DNA of 64,000 nucleotides from an uncultured Nitrospinota bacterium (GTDB taxonomy: Bacteria > Nitrospinota > Nitrospinia > Nitrospinales > JAJDAT01), in NCBI GenBank assembly GCA_964344185.1, contig CAYFMN010000009.1, forward strand, positions 19,023-83,022, written 5' to 3'. A model generated the notes under the pieces. That model searched no databases and was not told the origin of the DNA. It was given only the letters and a program-made list of their open reading frames with translations. Positions 38,491 through 47,949 of the stretch are shown here, piece by piece. A program made the translations under genes and the position numbers. Position 1 is the stretch's first letter; each line of letters begins with the position of its first letter.

Positions 38491-39057
38491 TTATTGAATT
38501 ACGAATTCGGTAAAATAAGCGTCTTTTACATGCCCTAATACCAAAAAACGGTTCACTCTGGTGGTTATTTCGTCTTTTAATTTAAACTTTCCTTGAACTG
38601 AATATACATCCTCAAACGATTTACTGCTTAATAAAATTAAAATTGAGTCAGTTATTTTTTGAACATTTTCATTAACTTCCGCATGTACTTCAGGGGAGCT
38701 CAGCTCTAATGTCACAGTGACTTTTAGAAATCTATTACCTTGGCTATTGGCCAAGTTAACAATAAATGGTTCTAAAGGAACCATTACGCCAAGACCTGGT
38801 TGAATAGCGATTTCTTTCTTTTCAAGCTCTTTACCATCTTCTCCAGCCGGAGGCGCTTCTCCTTCCGCCGGCGCTTCTCCTTCCGCCGGCACTTCTCCTT
38901 CCGCCGGCGCTTCAGCCGCATCTGGTTTTTGGAAAAAAGTTATATATGCATAGTATCCGCCCCCACCAAGCAACGCGAGCAAAATGATGATTATTAAAAT
39001 AATCAGTACTTTAGATTTTTTCGGGCCCTCTTCTTCGCCAAAATCGTCTTCAGCCAT
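38491..39057 (-). CDS. fliL: flagellar basal-body-associated protein FliL
   Basis: 188 aa. Single TM segment, then PFIVNLA..RFLKVTVTLEL signature. Confidence 0.8.
   Translation of the reverse strand: MAEDDFGEEEGPKKSKVLIILIIIILLALLGGGGYYAYITFFQKPDAAEAPAEGEVPAEGEAPAEGEAPPAGEDGKELEKKEIAIQPGLGVMVPLEPFIVNLANSQGNRFLKVTVTLELSSPEVHAEVNENVQKITDSILILLSSKSFEDVYSVQGKFKLKDEITTRVNRFLVLGHVKDAYFTEFVIQ
38847..38913. repeat. 18-bp tandem repeat (about 3.7 units) inside fliL
   Basis: Units CCGSMGGCRCTTCTCCTT at 38847, 38865 and 38883, plus a partial unit at 38901. Encodes (A/P)EGE(A/V)P hexapeptide repeats. Confidence 0.9.
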
Positions 39058-39166
39058 GAATTTTCTCCTTAAACGCTATTAGGTTTTCCCTTTTATATGG
39101 ACCTAAATATGCGCCAAAACTGCATCGTCAAAAAAACTCTAAATCATTAATTAATGTAGAACTGAA

Positions 39167-39181
39167 GCAAGGGCCATGCCG
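39167..39181 (-). promoter_or_regulatory. sigma-54 (-24/-12) promoter candidate for fliLMN
   Basis: Minus strand reads CGGCATGGCCCTTGCT (GGCAT-N5-TTGC, canonical GG-N10-GC spacing), about 100 nt upstream of the fliL ATG. Confidence 0.45.
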
Positions 39182-39721
39182 AGGCAAAGTTTTTCAATTA
39201 AAAAACTTTAAAAAACAACAACTTAATATAAAAAAATATGATTTACAAGCGCCATTTCCATATTTTTTTATTCACAAAAGGTCTACGTGAAAAATGAAAG
39301 TCAAATTTTTGAATTTCAGGTCAAAAAACAGGTTTTGTTTAATTTTGTGGCTTTTTTTCAATGTTTGCGCTTAAAAAAAGCAATTTATTTATCAAAATTT
39401 TGTCAGCAACTGGATTAAAAATAAATATCATTTCAATAACTATATGATTCTAAAAGAGTTACTAACTAATTTCCACTTATTTCTTAAAAAAAAACATGTC
39501 GGTATAGATCTTGAAATAATAAAGACCCGTAATCGAATTTATTTCGACGTTAAAAACCAAATTTTTACGCATCCAAATAGTCAAATGAATACTTCAGGAA
39601 AATTTTTCCCGTTAAAAATTTCCCAAAGCTATTTAAAGTTAAAGGGGTTTTCTTTGAAATTGTCCCCTCATTCAAATTCAAATTAATCGTCTCATAATTA
39701 ATTGTTAGGAGAATTTTTATA

Positions 39722-41011
39722 ATGAAACCCCCAATAAAACGTTTAATTTTACTATCGACGCTTTTATTTTCCTTTTTGGCAGGCTTTGCTGAAGCTGCGG
39801 AAGAAACTCCAACCATTAATCAAGCCGACACCGCCTGGTTGATCGTATCTTCGGCTTTAGTTATGTTGATGTTGCCAGGTCTCGCTCTATTTTATGGCGG
39901 TATGGTTAGGAGAAAGAACGTTTTAAGCACTCTAATGCACAGCTTCATTCCTTTGGGCGTCATTACTTTTCAATGGGTTTTAATCGGATATACGTTATCT
40001 TTTGGAGCCGATATCGGAAAATTTGTTGGCGGTCTAGATAAATTATTCCTTAATGGAATCACTCATGAAACTTTAAATGGCACCATCCCCGACTTTTTGT
40101 TTTGCGTTTTTCAAATGATGTTTGCCATTATTACCGCCGCATTAATAAGCGGCTCTATTGCAGAACGCGTCAGCTTTAAAGGTTACGTTGTATTTATTTT
40201 CCTCTGGTCCACTTTAGTTTACGACCCACTCTGCCACTGGGTATGGGGAGGCGGTTGGTTAGCCGATTTAGGTGCTTTAGACTTTGCGGGTGGAACGGTC
40301 GTTCACATTTCTTCTGGAACTGCTGGTCTTGCCGCCGCCATTTATTTGAAAAAACGTCGCGGTTTTCCGGGTTCTCTAATGATACCGCATAACCTGCCAT
40401 TTACCTTATTAGGAGCGGGGTTGCTTTGGTTTGGATGGTTTGGATTTAATGCCGGTAGCGCTTTAGCTTCTGATGGGCTGGCCTCTTTAGCTTTCCTTAA
40501 TACTCAAATAGCGGCAGGAATGGGAATGGTAGGTTGGATGTTGGCAGAATATATTAAAGTAGGTAAAGCCAGCGCATTAGGAGGAGCTTCTGGAATAGTA
40601 GCGGGTTTAGTCGCTATCACCCCTGCAGCCGGTTTCGTTGAACCGGGCTGGTCTATCGTAATTGGTATTGTAGCGGGATATATCTGCCAAGTAGCTGTTA
40701 CTTTAAAAGTCAAACTTGGTTACGACGACTCCTTAGACGCTTTTGGAGTTCACGCAGTTGGCGGAGCTTGGGGAGCGCTCGCAACTGGACTTTTCGTAAC
40801 GGTTGGCGGAACTGGGCTTTTGGCTGGTAATATCTCTCAAGTTGGCGTACAAATTGTGGGAATTATCGCAGCCGCTGCCTACTCTTTCGCAGTAACTTAT
40901 GGGCTGGTCGCTATTATTGATAAAACCATTGGCTTCCGTGTTGACGACGAAGAGGAAGAAATGGGGCTTGATACCACCCAGCATGGAGAAACTGGTTACA
41001 ATATGGTTTAA
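39722..41011 (+). CDS. amt: ammonium transporter
   Basis: 429 aa. Signal peptide plus Amt signature DFAGGTVVHISSG and twin-His context. Confidence 0.95.
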   Translation: MKPPIKRLILLSTLLFSFLAGFAEAAEETPTINQADTAWLIVSSALVMLMLPGLALFYGGMVRRKNVLSTLMHSFIPLGVITFQWVLIGYTLSFGADIGKFVGGLDKLFLNGITHETLNGTIPDFLFCVFQMMFAIITAALISGSIAERVSFKGYVVFIFLWSTLVYDPLCHWVWGGGWLADLGALDFAGGTVVHISSGTAGLAAAIYLKKRRGFPGSLMIPHNLPFTLLGAGLLWFGWFGFNAGSALASDGLASLAFLNTQIAAGMGMVGWMLAEYIKVGKASALGGASGIVAGLVAITPAAGFVEPGWSIVIGIVAGYICQVAVTLKVKLGYDDSLDAFGVHAVGGAWGALATGLFVTVGGTGLLAGNISQVGVQIVGIIAAAAYSFAVTYGLVAIIDKTIGFRVDDEEEEMGLDTTQHGETGYNMV

Positions 41012-41124
41012 TTATGCTACAATCTTGTCACTTTATATTGATTGATAATTATTAATTAAGTATTTAAATTTAATCAAATTTCTATCGAATTTTTAATTTT
41101 CGAACGCTTTGGAGGAGGAACGCG

Positions 41125-42255
41125 ATGAAAAAAGTTTTATGCTACGCCCTAGTTTGCTTTTTGGCTGTGCCAGCCCTATCTGGTTTGGCGAAAGCGGAAT
41201 CTACATTAGAGTTATTAAAAGATATCGAAGTGCATGGTTTTGCAACTTCATCTTATTCATATAACTTTAATAAACCATCAACTGGCGTTAATGCATTTCG
41301 TGTTTATGACACGGACGACAATGCCTTCAAATTTGACAACGGCGAATTAGTTCTCAAAAAAGACGCCACTAATAAGGGCGATATCGGTTTTAGAGTTGAC
41401 CTGACTTATGGTTTTAGTCAACCAGAAGTTAATAAATCTTCCAGAGGACCGAACGTTGCCGGTACCGATGTCTCCGACGATGAATTTGATCTTCAAATCG
41501 CGTTTGTTTCGTATAACGTTCCAATTGGAAACGGATTGCAATTAGATTTTGGTAAGTTTGCCACGAATGTTGGTTCGGAAGTAATGGACGGATACGACGG
41601 GTTCAATTACAACTTTTCCAGAACCTTTGCTTTTAGCTTTGGTCCGTTCACCCACACGGGTATCCGAGCAAACTATGCATTAAACGACATGGTTGGTTTG
41701 CAATTCTTTGTAGCAAATGGTCAAGACAACACTTCTGAAGATAACGACGCTAAGTCAATAGGCGCGCAGGTTTCTGTATCTCCTACGGCAAACATCGATC
41801 TTTATTTTAACTATTTTGGCGGGCCTGAAGTTCAAACTGGCGACGCTAGCAACTCAAACGACTTCCGTAACTTCTTCGATTTCGTTGGAGAGGTTAGATT
41901 TACCGACTCAACTTTGTTAAATGTAGATGTTGTTTATGGAACTGAAGACAATGCGTTAGGCGCGGGATTAGACGCCGAGTGGTTTGGGTTTGCCGGAATT
42001 ATTCGTCATGACTTTAACAACTGGTTTTCCTTGAACCTTCGCGGCGAATACTATGACGACCAAGACGGTTTTCGTTCCGGAACGGTTCAAGAGTTAGTAG
42101 CGTTTACGGTAACTCCAGAAATCCGAATTCATAACAACTTTGTTATTAGAGGCGAGTATCGCCACGATGATTCCAACGCAAACGTATTCGACGACGAAGG
42201 CGTTGCGGACGATAGCCAAGATACTGTAGCCTTAAACGCTTTATTTTATTTCTAA
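41125..42255 (+). CDS. outer-membrane beta-barrel porin
   Basis: 376 aa. Signal peptide, alternating strand pattern, C-terminal ..ALNALFYF. Confidence 0.7.
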   Translation: MKKVLCYALVCFLAVPALSGLAKAESTLELLKDIEVHGFATSSYSYNFNKPSTGVNAFRVYDTDDNAFKFDNGELVLKKDATNKGDIGFRVDLTYGFSQPEVNKSSRGPNVAGTDVSDDEFDLQIAFVSYNVPIGNGLQLDFGKFATNVGSEVMDGYDGFNYNFSRTFAFSFGPFTHTGIRANYALNDMVGLQFFVANGQDNTSEDNDAKSIGAQVSVSPTANIDLYFNYFGGPEVQTGDASNSNDFRNFFDFVGEVRFTDSTLLNVDVVYGTEDNALGAGLDAEWFGFAGIIRHDFNNWFSLNLRGEYYDDQDGFRSGTVQELVAFTVTPEIRIHNNFVIRGEYRHDDSNANVFDDEGVADDSQDTVALNALFYF

Positions 42256-42272
42256 AATATCCGTTTTATCAA

Positions 42273-42307
42273 AGCCCGGAAAGGTTAACGCCTTTCCGGG
42301 CTTTTTT
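42273..42307 (+). terminator. rho-independent terminator after the porin gene
   Basis: AGCCCGGAAAGG / CCTTTCCGGGCT 12-bp perfect stem, 6-nt loop, T6. Confidence 0.9.
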
Positions 42308-42390
42308 ATTTTCTTCAAACTAATCTCCTCTTTATTTCCTGTCACCCGAAGGGATAAAATAGGTTTATAAAAATTTTTCCCGTTTCATCA

Positions 42391-42708
42391 ATGTTGACTG
42401 AAGACCAAAACACAATTATTTACATAATGTTTTTGAATGGAATAGTATTCCTTGGATTAAACTTTGTCGCCCAAACCATCATATTTCCTGGGGGACCAGG
42501 ATCTAAAATTAAAGGATACATGCTTATTACTTTGGTGATCACGGCATTTTCCGCCCAACAAGAGTTTAGAGGTTTGGTAGCTCTTGGTTTTTCAGCCGAA
42601 AAAGTTCAAAGCATCTTATTAGCCGGATTCATTGCCCCCACTTTTATCATTTCCTTAGTTTATTATCGGGTCAAAAAAAATCGCCAAATAAAAGAAAACG
42701 AAAACTAA
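42391..42708 (+). CDS. small membrane protein (105 aa)
   Basis: Three hydrophobic helices; no motif. Confidence 0.45.
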   Translation: MLTEDQNTIIYIMFLNGIVFLGLNFVAQTIIFPGGPGSKIKGYMLITLVITAFSAQQEFRGLVALGFSAEKVQSILLAGFIAPTFIISLVYYRVKKNRQIKENEN

Positions 42709-42726
42709 AATTCATCGAGGAAATTA

Positions 42727-43761
42727 ATGGACATCATCGATTTACGAAGCGACACATTCACGCAACCAACATACGAAATGCGAGAAGCGATGAAAGACGC
42801 AACTGTTGGCGACGACGTTTTCGAAGAAGATCCTACAATAATCGAGTTGCAGGAATTCGCCTCAAAAAAAATTGGTAAAGAATCAGCCTTATTTCTTCCA
42901 AGCGGAACAATGGGTAATTTAGTATCGGTGTTGACTCATTGCGGAAGAGGCGATGAAATAATTTTGGGAGACCGATCTCATATCTTTCTTAATGAAGTGG
43001 GAGGAATATCGGCCCTTGGCGGTATACATCCTAGGATTCTTCCTAACAAAGACGACGGATCTATACCATTAGAGAAAATAGGATCTGGAATTCGACAAAG
43101 TAATCTCCACTACCCGCCAACGCGCTTAATTTGTTTAGAGAACACTCACAACTACTGCTATGGCAGCCCTATTGGAACAGACTATATGGCCAAGGTCGCT
43201 TCTTTAGCGAAAAACTATAACTTAAAAATACACCTAGATGGAGCAAGAATTTTTAACGCCGCTGTCGCATTAGAAGTAGACGTTCAAGAAATAACACAAC
43301 ATGTAGATACCGTAATGTTTAGCCTTTCAAAAGGGTTGTCCGCGCCTGTCGGTTCCATGATCTGTGGAACCAAAGAGTTTATTGCAAAAGCAAGAAAGAA
43401 TCGAAAAATGGTGGGCGGAGGTATGCGTCAATGCGGTCACCTTGCCGCTGCAGGTCTCATAGCGTTAGAGAAACTATCCAAACGTCTACATGAAGATCAT
43501 GAAAACGCACGGACATTTTCTGAAACTATTTCCAAAATACCAGCAATACAGATTAACCTGAATCAAGTTCAGTCAAATATTGTATTTTTTGGAATGACTT
43601 CAGACAAAATAAACGGTCGGGAATTTATCGCTAAATTAGGCGAACGTGGAGTTAAAATTCTAGAAACCCAACCGGGATTTTTCCGAGCGGTATTTCATCG
43701 TGGCATTTCAAAAGACCAAGCCCTACCCGCCGCTAATGCAATAAAAGAAATTTTAAAATAG
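42727..43761 (+). CDS. ltaE: low-specificity L-threonine aldolase
   Basis: 344 aa. DLRSDTFTQPT..VGDDVFEEDPT..PSGTMGN..SLSKGL (PLP Lys). Confidence 0.85.
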   Translation: MDIIDLRSDTFTQPTYEMREAMKDATVGDDVFEEDPTIIELQEFASKKIGKESALFLPSGTMGNLVSVLTHCGRGDEIILGDRSHIFLNEVGGISALGGIHPRILPNKDDGSIPLEKIGSGIRQSNLHYPPTRLICLENTHNYCYGSPIGTDYMAKVASLAKNYNLKIHLDGARIFNAAVALEVDVQEITQHVDTVMFSLSKGLSAPVGSMICGTKEFIAKARKNRKMVGGGMRQCGHLAAAGLIALEKLSKRLHEDHENARTFSETISKIPAIQINLNQVQSNIVFFGMTSDKINGREFIAKLGERGVKILETQPGFFRAVFHRGISKDQALPAANAIKEILK

Positions 43762-43974
43762 TAAAATCGATTCTTCCAAAGAGTTCTAATTAAGTCTTTC
43801 CAAGAAGGTAATTATAAAAAACGTTCGCAGAGAATTAAACTTTTTAGAGTTTAATAAAATGCTAGAATAATAAAATTCTAATTAATGGCTTTTACGTTAA
43901 ACCAGGGTTTGGTTTAAAGATTTATTTGGTCAATTTCATTTATTGACCACGTTTTAAGGTTTCTAAAGGGCAGA

Positions 43975-45411
43975 ATGGGTCGAGAAATAGGGACAACTTC
44001 CTTTGAGGAAGCGGATTTCCGAGAATTTAAAAAAAGGCTAAAGGATGAAACTTGTATTCTCATGGATTGGTTTCGTAATGAAACGTTTGAAACCGAACCT
44101 TATTTATGCGGTTTCGAATTGGAAGGATGGTTGATAGATTCTGAGGATATGCCCGCCCCTTTAAACGAAGAATTTTTATCAAAAATGACAAGCCACTTAG
44201 TGGTGCCGGAATTAGCCAAGTTTAATTTCGAAATCAACAATACACCTCGACCTATAAAAGGCAATTTATTAAGCGAATTCCAAAATGAATTGGAACACGT
44301 TTGGTCGTTATGCGAAAAACATTCAGAAGAAACCGGCGTTCAACCTTTAACTATAGGTATCCTCCCTACTCTTAAAGACGAACATCTAACGCTAGAAAAC
44401 ATGTCATCTATGAAGCGTTATGCGGCTTTGAACCAGGAAATTTTTCGCCTAAGGAAGAACTTGCCAATCAATTTACGAATCGATGGGAAAGATCAACTAA
44501 ACGTAGTCCATCATGACGTGATGCTGGAGTCGGCGACTACCTCTCTGCAAATACACATTCAATTGAATCCTGAACAAGCGGTTGCAATATATAATGCAGC
44601 TCAAATTGCTTCCGCCCCGATGGTCGCTTTAGCCGCTAACGCGCCGTTTCTGTTTGGCAAAGAGCTATGGGAAGATACGCGTATCCCAACATTTGAACAG
44701 GCTATTTTTGTAGCAAGTTTTCGAGATGTTCACGGAGATCAAATTGGTCGAGTTAATTTCGGAACAGGCTATAAACGAAATTCTCTCATGGAAGCTTTTT
44801 TGGAAAACCTGGACGGGTTTCCTGTTTTATTGCCATTAGTATATGACGACGATCCCTCATGGTTAAGTCACTTAAGACTTCACAACGGCACTATTTGGAG
44901 ATGGAATCGCCCGTTAATTGGACTCAATTCCAATGGCAAACCTCATCTAAGAATCGAACACCGCACTCCATCCGCCGGTCCAAGCTTGGAAGACGTAGTC
45001 GCTAATGTCGCGTTTTTCCTGGGACTGGTAAAAAGCTTCATCGAAAAAGACCCTCTCCTGGAACAATCCATTCCTTTCGAACAAGCTCGCAATAATTTTT
45101 ACTCGGCAGCCCAATTTGGATTGGACGCTTCGGTTAAGTGGTCAACCGCAAATAAACAATCATTACGTCGTCTAATTCTTGATGATTTACTACCTGCGGC
45201 AAGACAAGGACTTCACAACTATGGTATTGATTCCGACGATATTAAAAGGTACTTAGATAACAACATCGCACACAGAGTAAAAACTGGACAAAATGGCGCC
45301 AAATGGCAACGTGAATTTGTTAAAAAATACGGCCCAGATTTTAAAACGTTGACTCATGTGTATCATCAAAACCAAAAATCTGGAAAACCTGTTCACGAGT
45401 GGGCCATTTAA
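43975..45411 (+). CDS. glutamate-cysteine ligase family 2 (GCS2)/carboxylate-amine ligase-like protein
   Basis: 478 aa. GFELEGWLID, TSLQIHIQ, ANAPFLFGKELWEDTRIP blocks resembling YbdK-type ligases. Confidence 0.6.
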   Translation: MGREIGTTSFEEADFREFKKRLKDETCILMDWFRNETFETEPYLCGFELEGWLIDSEDMPAPLNEEFLSKMTSHLVVPELAKFNFEINNTPRPIKGNLLSEFQNELEHVWSLCEKHSEETGVQPLTIGILPTLKDEHLTLENMSSMKRYAALNQEIFRLRKNLPINLRIDGKDQLNVVHHDVMLESATTSLQIHIQLNPEQAVAIYNAAQIASAPMVALAANAPFLFGKELWEDTRIPTFEQAIFVASFRDVHGDQIGRVNFGTGYKRNSLMEAFLENLDGFPVLLPLVYDDDPSWLSHLRLHNGTIWRWNRPLIGLNSNGKPHLRIEHRTPSAGPSLEDVVANVAFFLGLVKSFIEKDPLLEQSIPFEQARNNFYSAAQFGLDASVKWSTANKQSLRRLILDDLLPAARQGLHNYGIDSDDIKRYLDNNIAHRVKTGQNGAKWQREFVKKYGPDFKTLTHVYHQNQKSGKPVHEWAI

Positions 45412-46442
45412 TGTTAAAACTCCATGTATTCGATTCGTTTCCAAACGAATTACTTTTGGTCGAACCTTTTGAAGTCGACACCGTCCTTCAAGGTCCCTCT
45501 CTTATTTATGTTCAAGGAAAAACCGAACCTCCTTTGTTTGTCGCTTCTTTATTACATGGCGACGAAACAACTGGTATTCAAGCGATTCAAAAATTAATTA
45601 GAAAATACAAAAAACAAAACGAAAAACTTCCAAGAAGCTTGATATTATTTTTAGGCAACGTTCAAGCCGCACGACACCAAGTACGCCACTTACCAGAACA
45701 ACCCGACTATAACCGAATTTGGAAGGACAGAGAGACTCCTGAAGGACAAATAGCCGAAAAAGTTTTACGAACACTAGAAGCCAACAAAATTTTCTGTGGC
45801 ATTGATATCCATAACACTTCAGGGAGAAACCCACATCATTCCTGCATCAGCCAATTAAACGCAGAGTGTCTATCTCTGGCGAATACCTTTAGTCAAACTC
45901 TAGTTTTTCTTACCCGCCCTACTGAGATTTTAGGTTATGCGCTTGGAAGGTTTGCTCCTTCCGTTACCATAGAGGCCGGACAACCTGGCGACTTATTCGG
46001 CGTACAACATGTATACGATTACCTTGAAAAATGCCTTCGATTGGAAAGTTTCCCAAAAACTTTAGAAGACCCGAACGGTTTTGATCTATATCAAACAGTC
46101 GCACGTATTGAAGTGCCGCCAAAATTGCAAATTGGATTTTCAAGAGAACAAGACGATCTGGACTTTTGTTTTATAGAAAACCTGGATCTTCTAAACTTTT
46201 CCGAAATGCCCGAAAAAACGCTTTTGGGGTGGCGACTAAATAAGGACGCCAAACTTTTGGTTAAAGATCAAAACGGGAATATAATTGGAGACCGTTTCTT
46301 GGACTATCCCGACGGGGAAATTCGTTTAAAACGCTCTATCGTTCCAGCTATGTTGACCCAAAACAAAAACGCTATCTATCAAGATTGCCTGGGTTATATT
46401 ATGGAACGTTACTCTTTAACAAACATAGCCAACAAATCTTAA
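45399..46442 (+). CDS. succinylglutamate desuccinylase/aspartoacylase (AstE/AspA, M14-like) family protein
   Basis: 347 aa. Zn-site context LLHGDETTG and DIHNTSG. Overlaps the upstream ligase gene by 13 nt. Confidence 0.65.
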   Translation: MGHLMLKLHVFDSFPNELLLVEPFEVDTVLQGPSLIYVQGKTEPPLFVASLLHGDETTGIQAIQKLIRKYKKQNEKLPRSLILFLGNVQAARHQVRHLPEQPDYNRIWKDRETPEGQIAEKVLRTLEANKIFCGIDIHNTSGRNPHHSCISQLNAECLSLANTFSQTLVFLTRPTEILGYALGRFAPSVTIEAGQPGDLFGVQHVYDYLEKCLRLESFPKTLEDPNGFDLYQTVARIEVPPKLQIGFSREQDDLDFCFIENLDLLNFSEMPEKTLLGWRLNKDAKLLVKDQNGNIIGDRFLDYPDGEIRLKRSIVPAMLTQNKNAIYQDCLGYIMERYSLTNIANKS

Positions 46443-46487
46443 AGTTTGACGTTAATTTCAGTTTCATTTTTGTTAAGCCTAGTTTTT

Positions 46488-46889
46488 CTATCTATACTCC
46501 GACATTTCGATCAAGAGGTTTATTTTTCCATCCTTATTGATTTCGAAAATCTTCAAGCTATTTTTATGAAAAGCCGTCGCTGAAAAAGTTTTCCTGTTCC
46601 CTTCGCCTTCTAGTTTAACTTTAGAAAAATGTCCTCCCATTGAAAAGCCATGCGTTTCTTCTGAAAGTCCCTCAGCCACACAATTTTTGTCAGCTCCTTT
46701 CTCTTCCCAGAAGACATTACAAGCAAAATAGAACATTCTTAACGCGGCTTTAGAATAGCCGTCATAGTTAGGAGGGTTAGGAGGCATGAAGTTTGAATAG
46801 ATTAAAACACCTAATAAAACGAGTAAAATCCCAGCAATTACCAGCCACGATTTTTTTAGTTTTGAAACTTTATTATTCTGCATTCTCAT
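46488..46889 (-). CDS. hypothetical membrane-anchored protein (133 aa)
   Basis: N-terminal TM anchor; no motif. Confidence 0.5.
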   Translation of the reverse strand: MRMQNNKVSKLKKSWLVIAGILLVLLGVLIYSNFMPPNPPNYDGYSKAALRMFYFACNVFWEEKGADKNCVAEGLSEETHGFSMGGHFSKVKLEGEGNRKTFSATAFHKNSLKIFEINKDGKINLLIEMSEYR

Positions 46890-46908
46890 GGGCTTATAAA
46901 GTTAGATT

Positions 46909-47008
46909 TAAGAGGACCTCTAATAATTGGTATTTTTACTGGTTTGCTATCGCCTAGCCTTTGAATTTAAGGGCCAGGCTCCTGGCAAATCTGATTTTTA
47001 GATATTCC
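46909..47008 (+). repeat. family-1 intergenic repeat, copy B
   Basis: Outer stem 46941-46947 / 46985-46991 (GGTTTGC/GCAAATC), inner stem 46952-46959 / 46972-46979 (GCCTAGCC/GGCCAGGC), T5 at 46995-46999. Mini-ORF at 46927-47001. Confidence 0.8.
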
Positions 47009-47162
47009 CTTAAATTAAAAAACCCTTCTATTTATTATGATCTGAATTTGAGTTTTTTATTGCATCTAACCTTAAAACTTAATTATCCTAATCATAGGAG
47101 TGATAAAATCTTTTCCCCTATAAATTTTGGCAATCCCCCTGCCCCAACTTGAGGTAACGCTC

Positions 47163-47717
47163 ATGTCAAAACCAAAAAATATTATTTTTATTATTGGTTT
47201 TTTGTTTGTCGCCGGTTTTTATTTTCCAGCTTCCGCATCCGCTAAATGGAATTGCCCATCATTGGAAGAAAAGCCAATAAAAATTGAAGCATGGATTTCC
47301 AGAAAAATCTATAAAGATTGGAAATTGATTGAAGAAGAAATGGAGATGATGGGTAATACAAAAGCTTATTTATGGAAATATCCCGCAGAAAACCCATCGC
47401 AAATGATTGCTATCGGTAAATGCGTTCCCGGTTACATAGCTCAACATGCCATTCGAAGCGCTCTGGCATTTACCAAAGGCGTTAACGTGTTAGTCCATCA
47501 AAATTTCGTTCACGATCATTGGGTTGGATTGGCGACTTCCATGTTTTCTGAAAATCAACATGGACATCCCATAACTGAAGACGAAGTACGGCAGCTTTTG
47601 GACCCTAGTTTAGACACTATCGCATTTCACAAACTTTATAGGAAGCTAGCGACGCAGGCGGATACGGTTCATACGTTCGGCTTGGATCTTCCTAATCCTA
47701 AAAAAATAAAAGATTAA
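47163..47717 (+). CDS. hypothetical exported protein
   Basis: ATG 47163 within track ORF 47127-47717. Signal peptide ..FPASASA. No motif. Confidence 0.55.
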   Translation: MSKPKNIIFIIGFLFVAGFYFPASASAKWNCPSLEEKPIKIEAWISRKIYKDWKLIEEEMEMMGNTKAYLWKYPAENPSQMIAIGKCVPGYIAQHAIRSALAFTKGVNVLVHQNFVHDHWVGLATSMFSENQHGHPITEDEVRQLLDPSLDTIAFHKLYRKLATQADTVHTFGLDLPNPKKIKD

Positions 47718-47728
47718 GGACCGGTAAA

Positions 47729-47930
47729 AAGGAGTTTATTTTATTAAATCGAGGCGAGATTCTTCCTCACCCCTTCAGGGTTCGTCTGAATGACAAGTCA
47801 TGGAAACCGATTTATAGAAAATAAACTTTTTTTTTACATTTTTTCTTATAACTTTTTGATGACGCGCAGAGAAAACCATAAAACCCTGGTCTTTGATTAA
47901 TAAACTTGCAAAGCAAATCAGGCGTTCGAA
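47729..47930 (+). repeat. family-2 intergenic repeat, copy A (with an internal insertion of about 62 nt)
   Basis: Alignable with 54600-54725. Starts AAGGAGTTTATTTTATTAAATCGAGGCGAGAT and ends ..CTTTGATTAATAAACTTGCAAAGC.. Confidence 0.75.
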
Positions 47931-47949
47931 ATGACATATAAGAAAAATA

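Noticed and set aside
39444-39816. ORFs 39444-39686 (+) and 39565-39816 (-) upstream of amt
   Set aside because: They give low-complexity translations, overlap each other and the amt signal-peptide region, and have no RBS.
46909-47008. Integron attC / gene-cassette interpretation of the repeats (a GTTAGAT core-like site at 46901-46907)
   Set aside because: No integrase and no matching inverse core (RYYYAAC) at the other end. The repeats are direct rather than imperfect inverted attC structures flanking each cassette.
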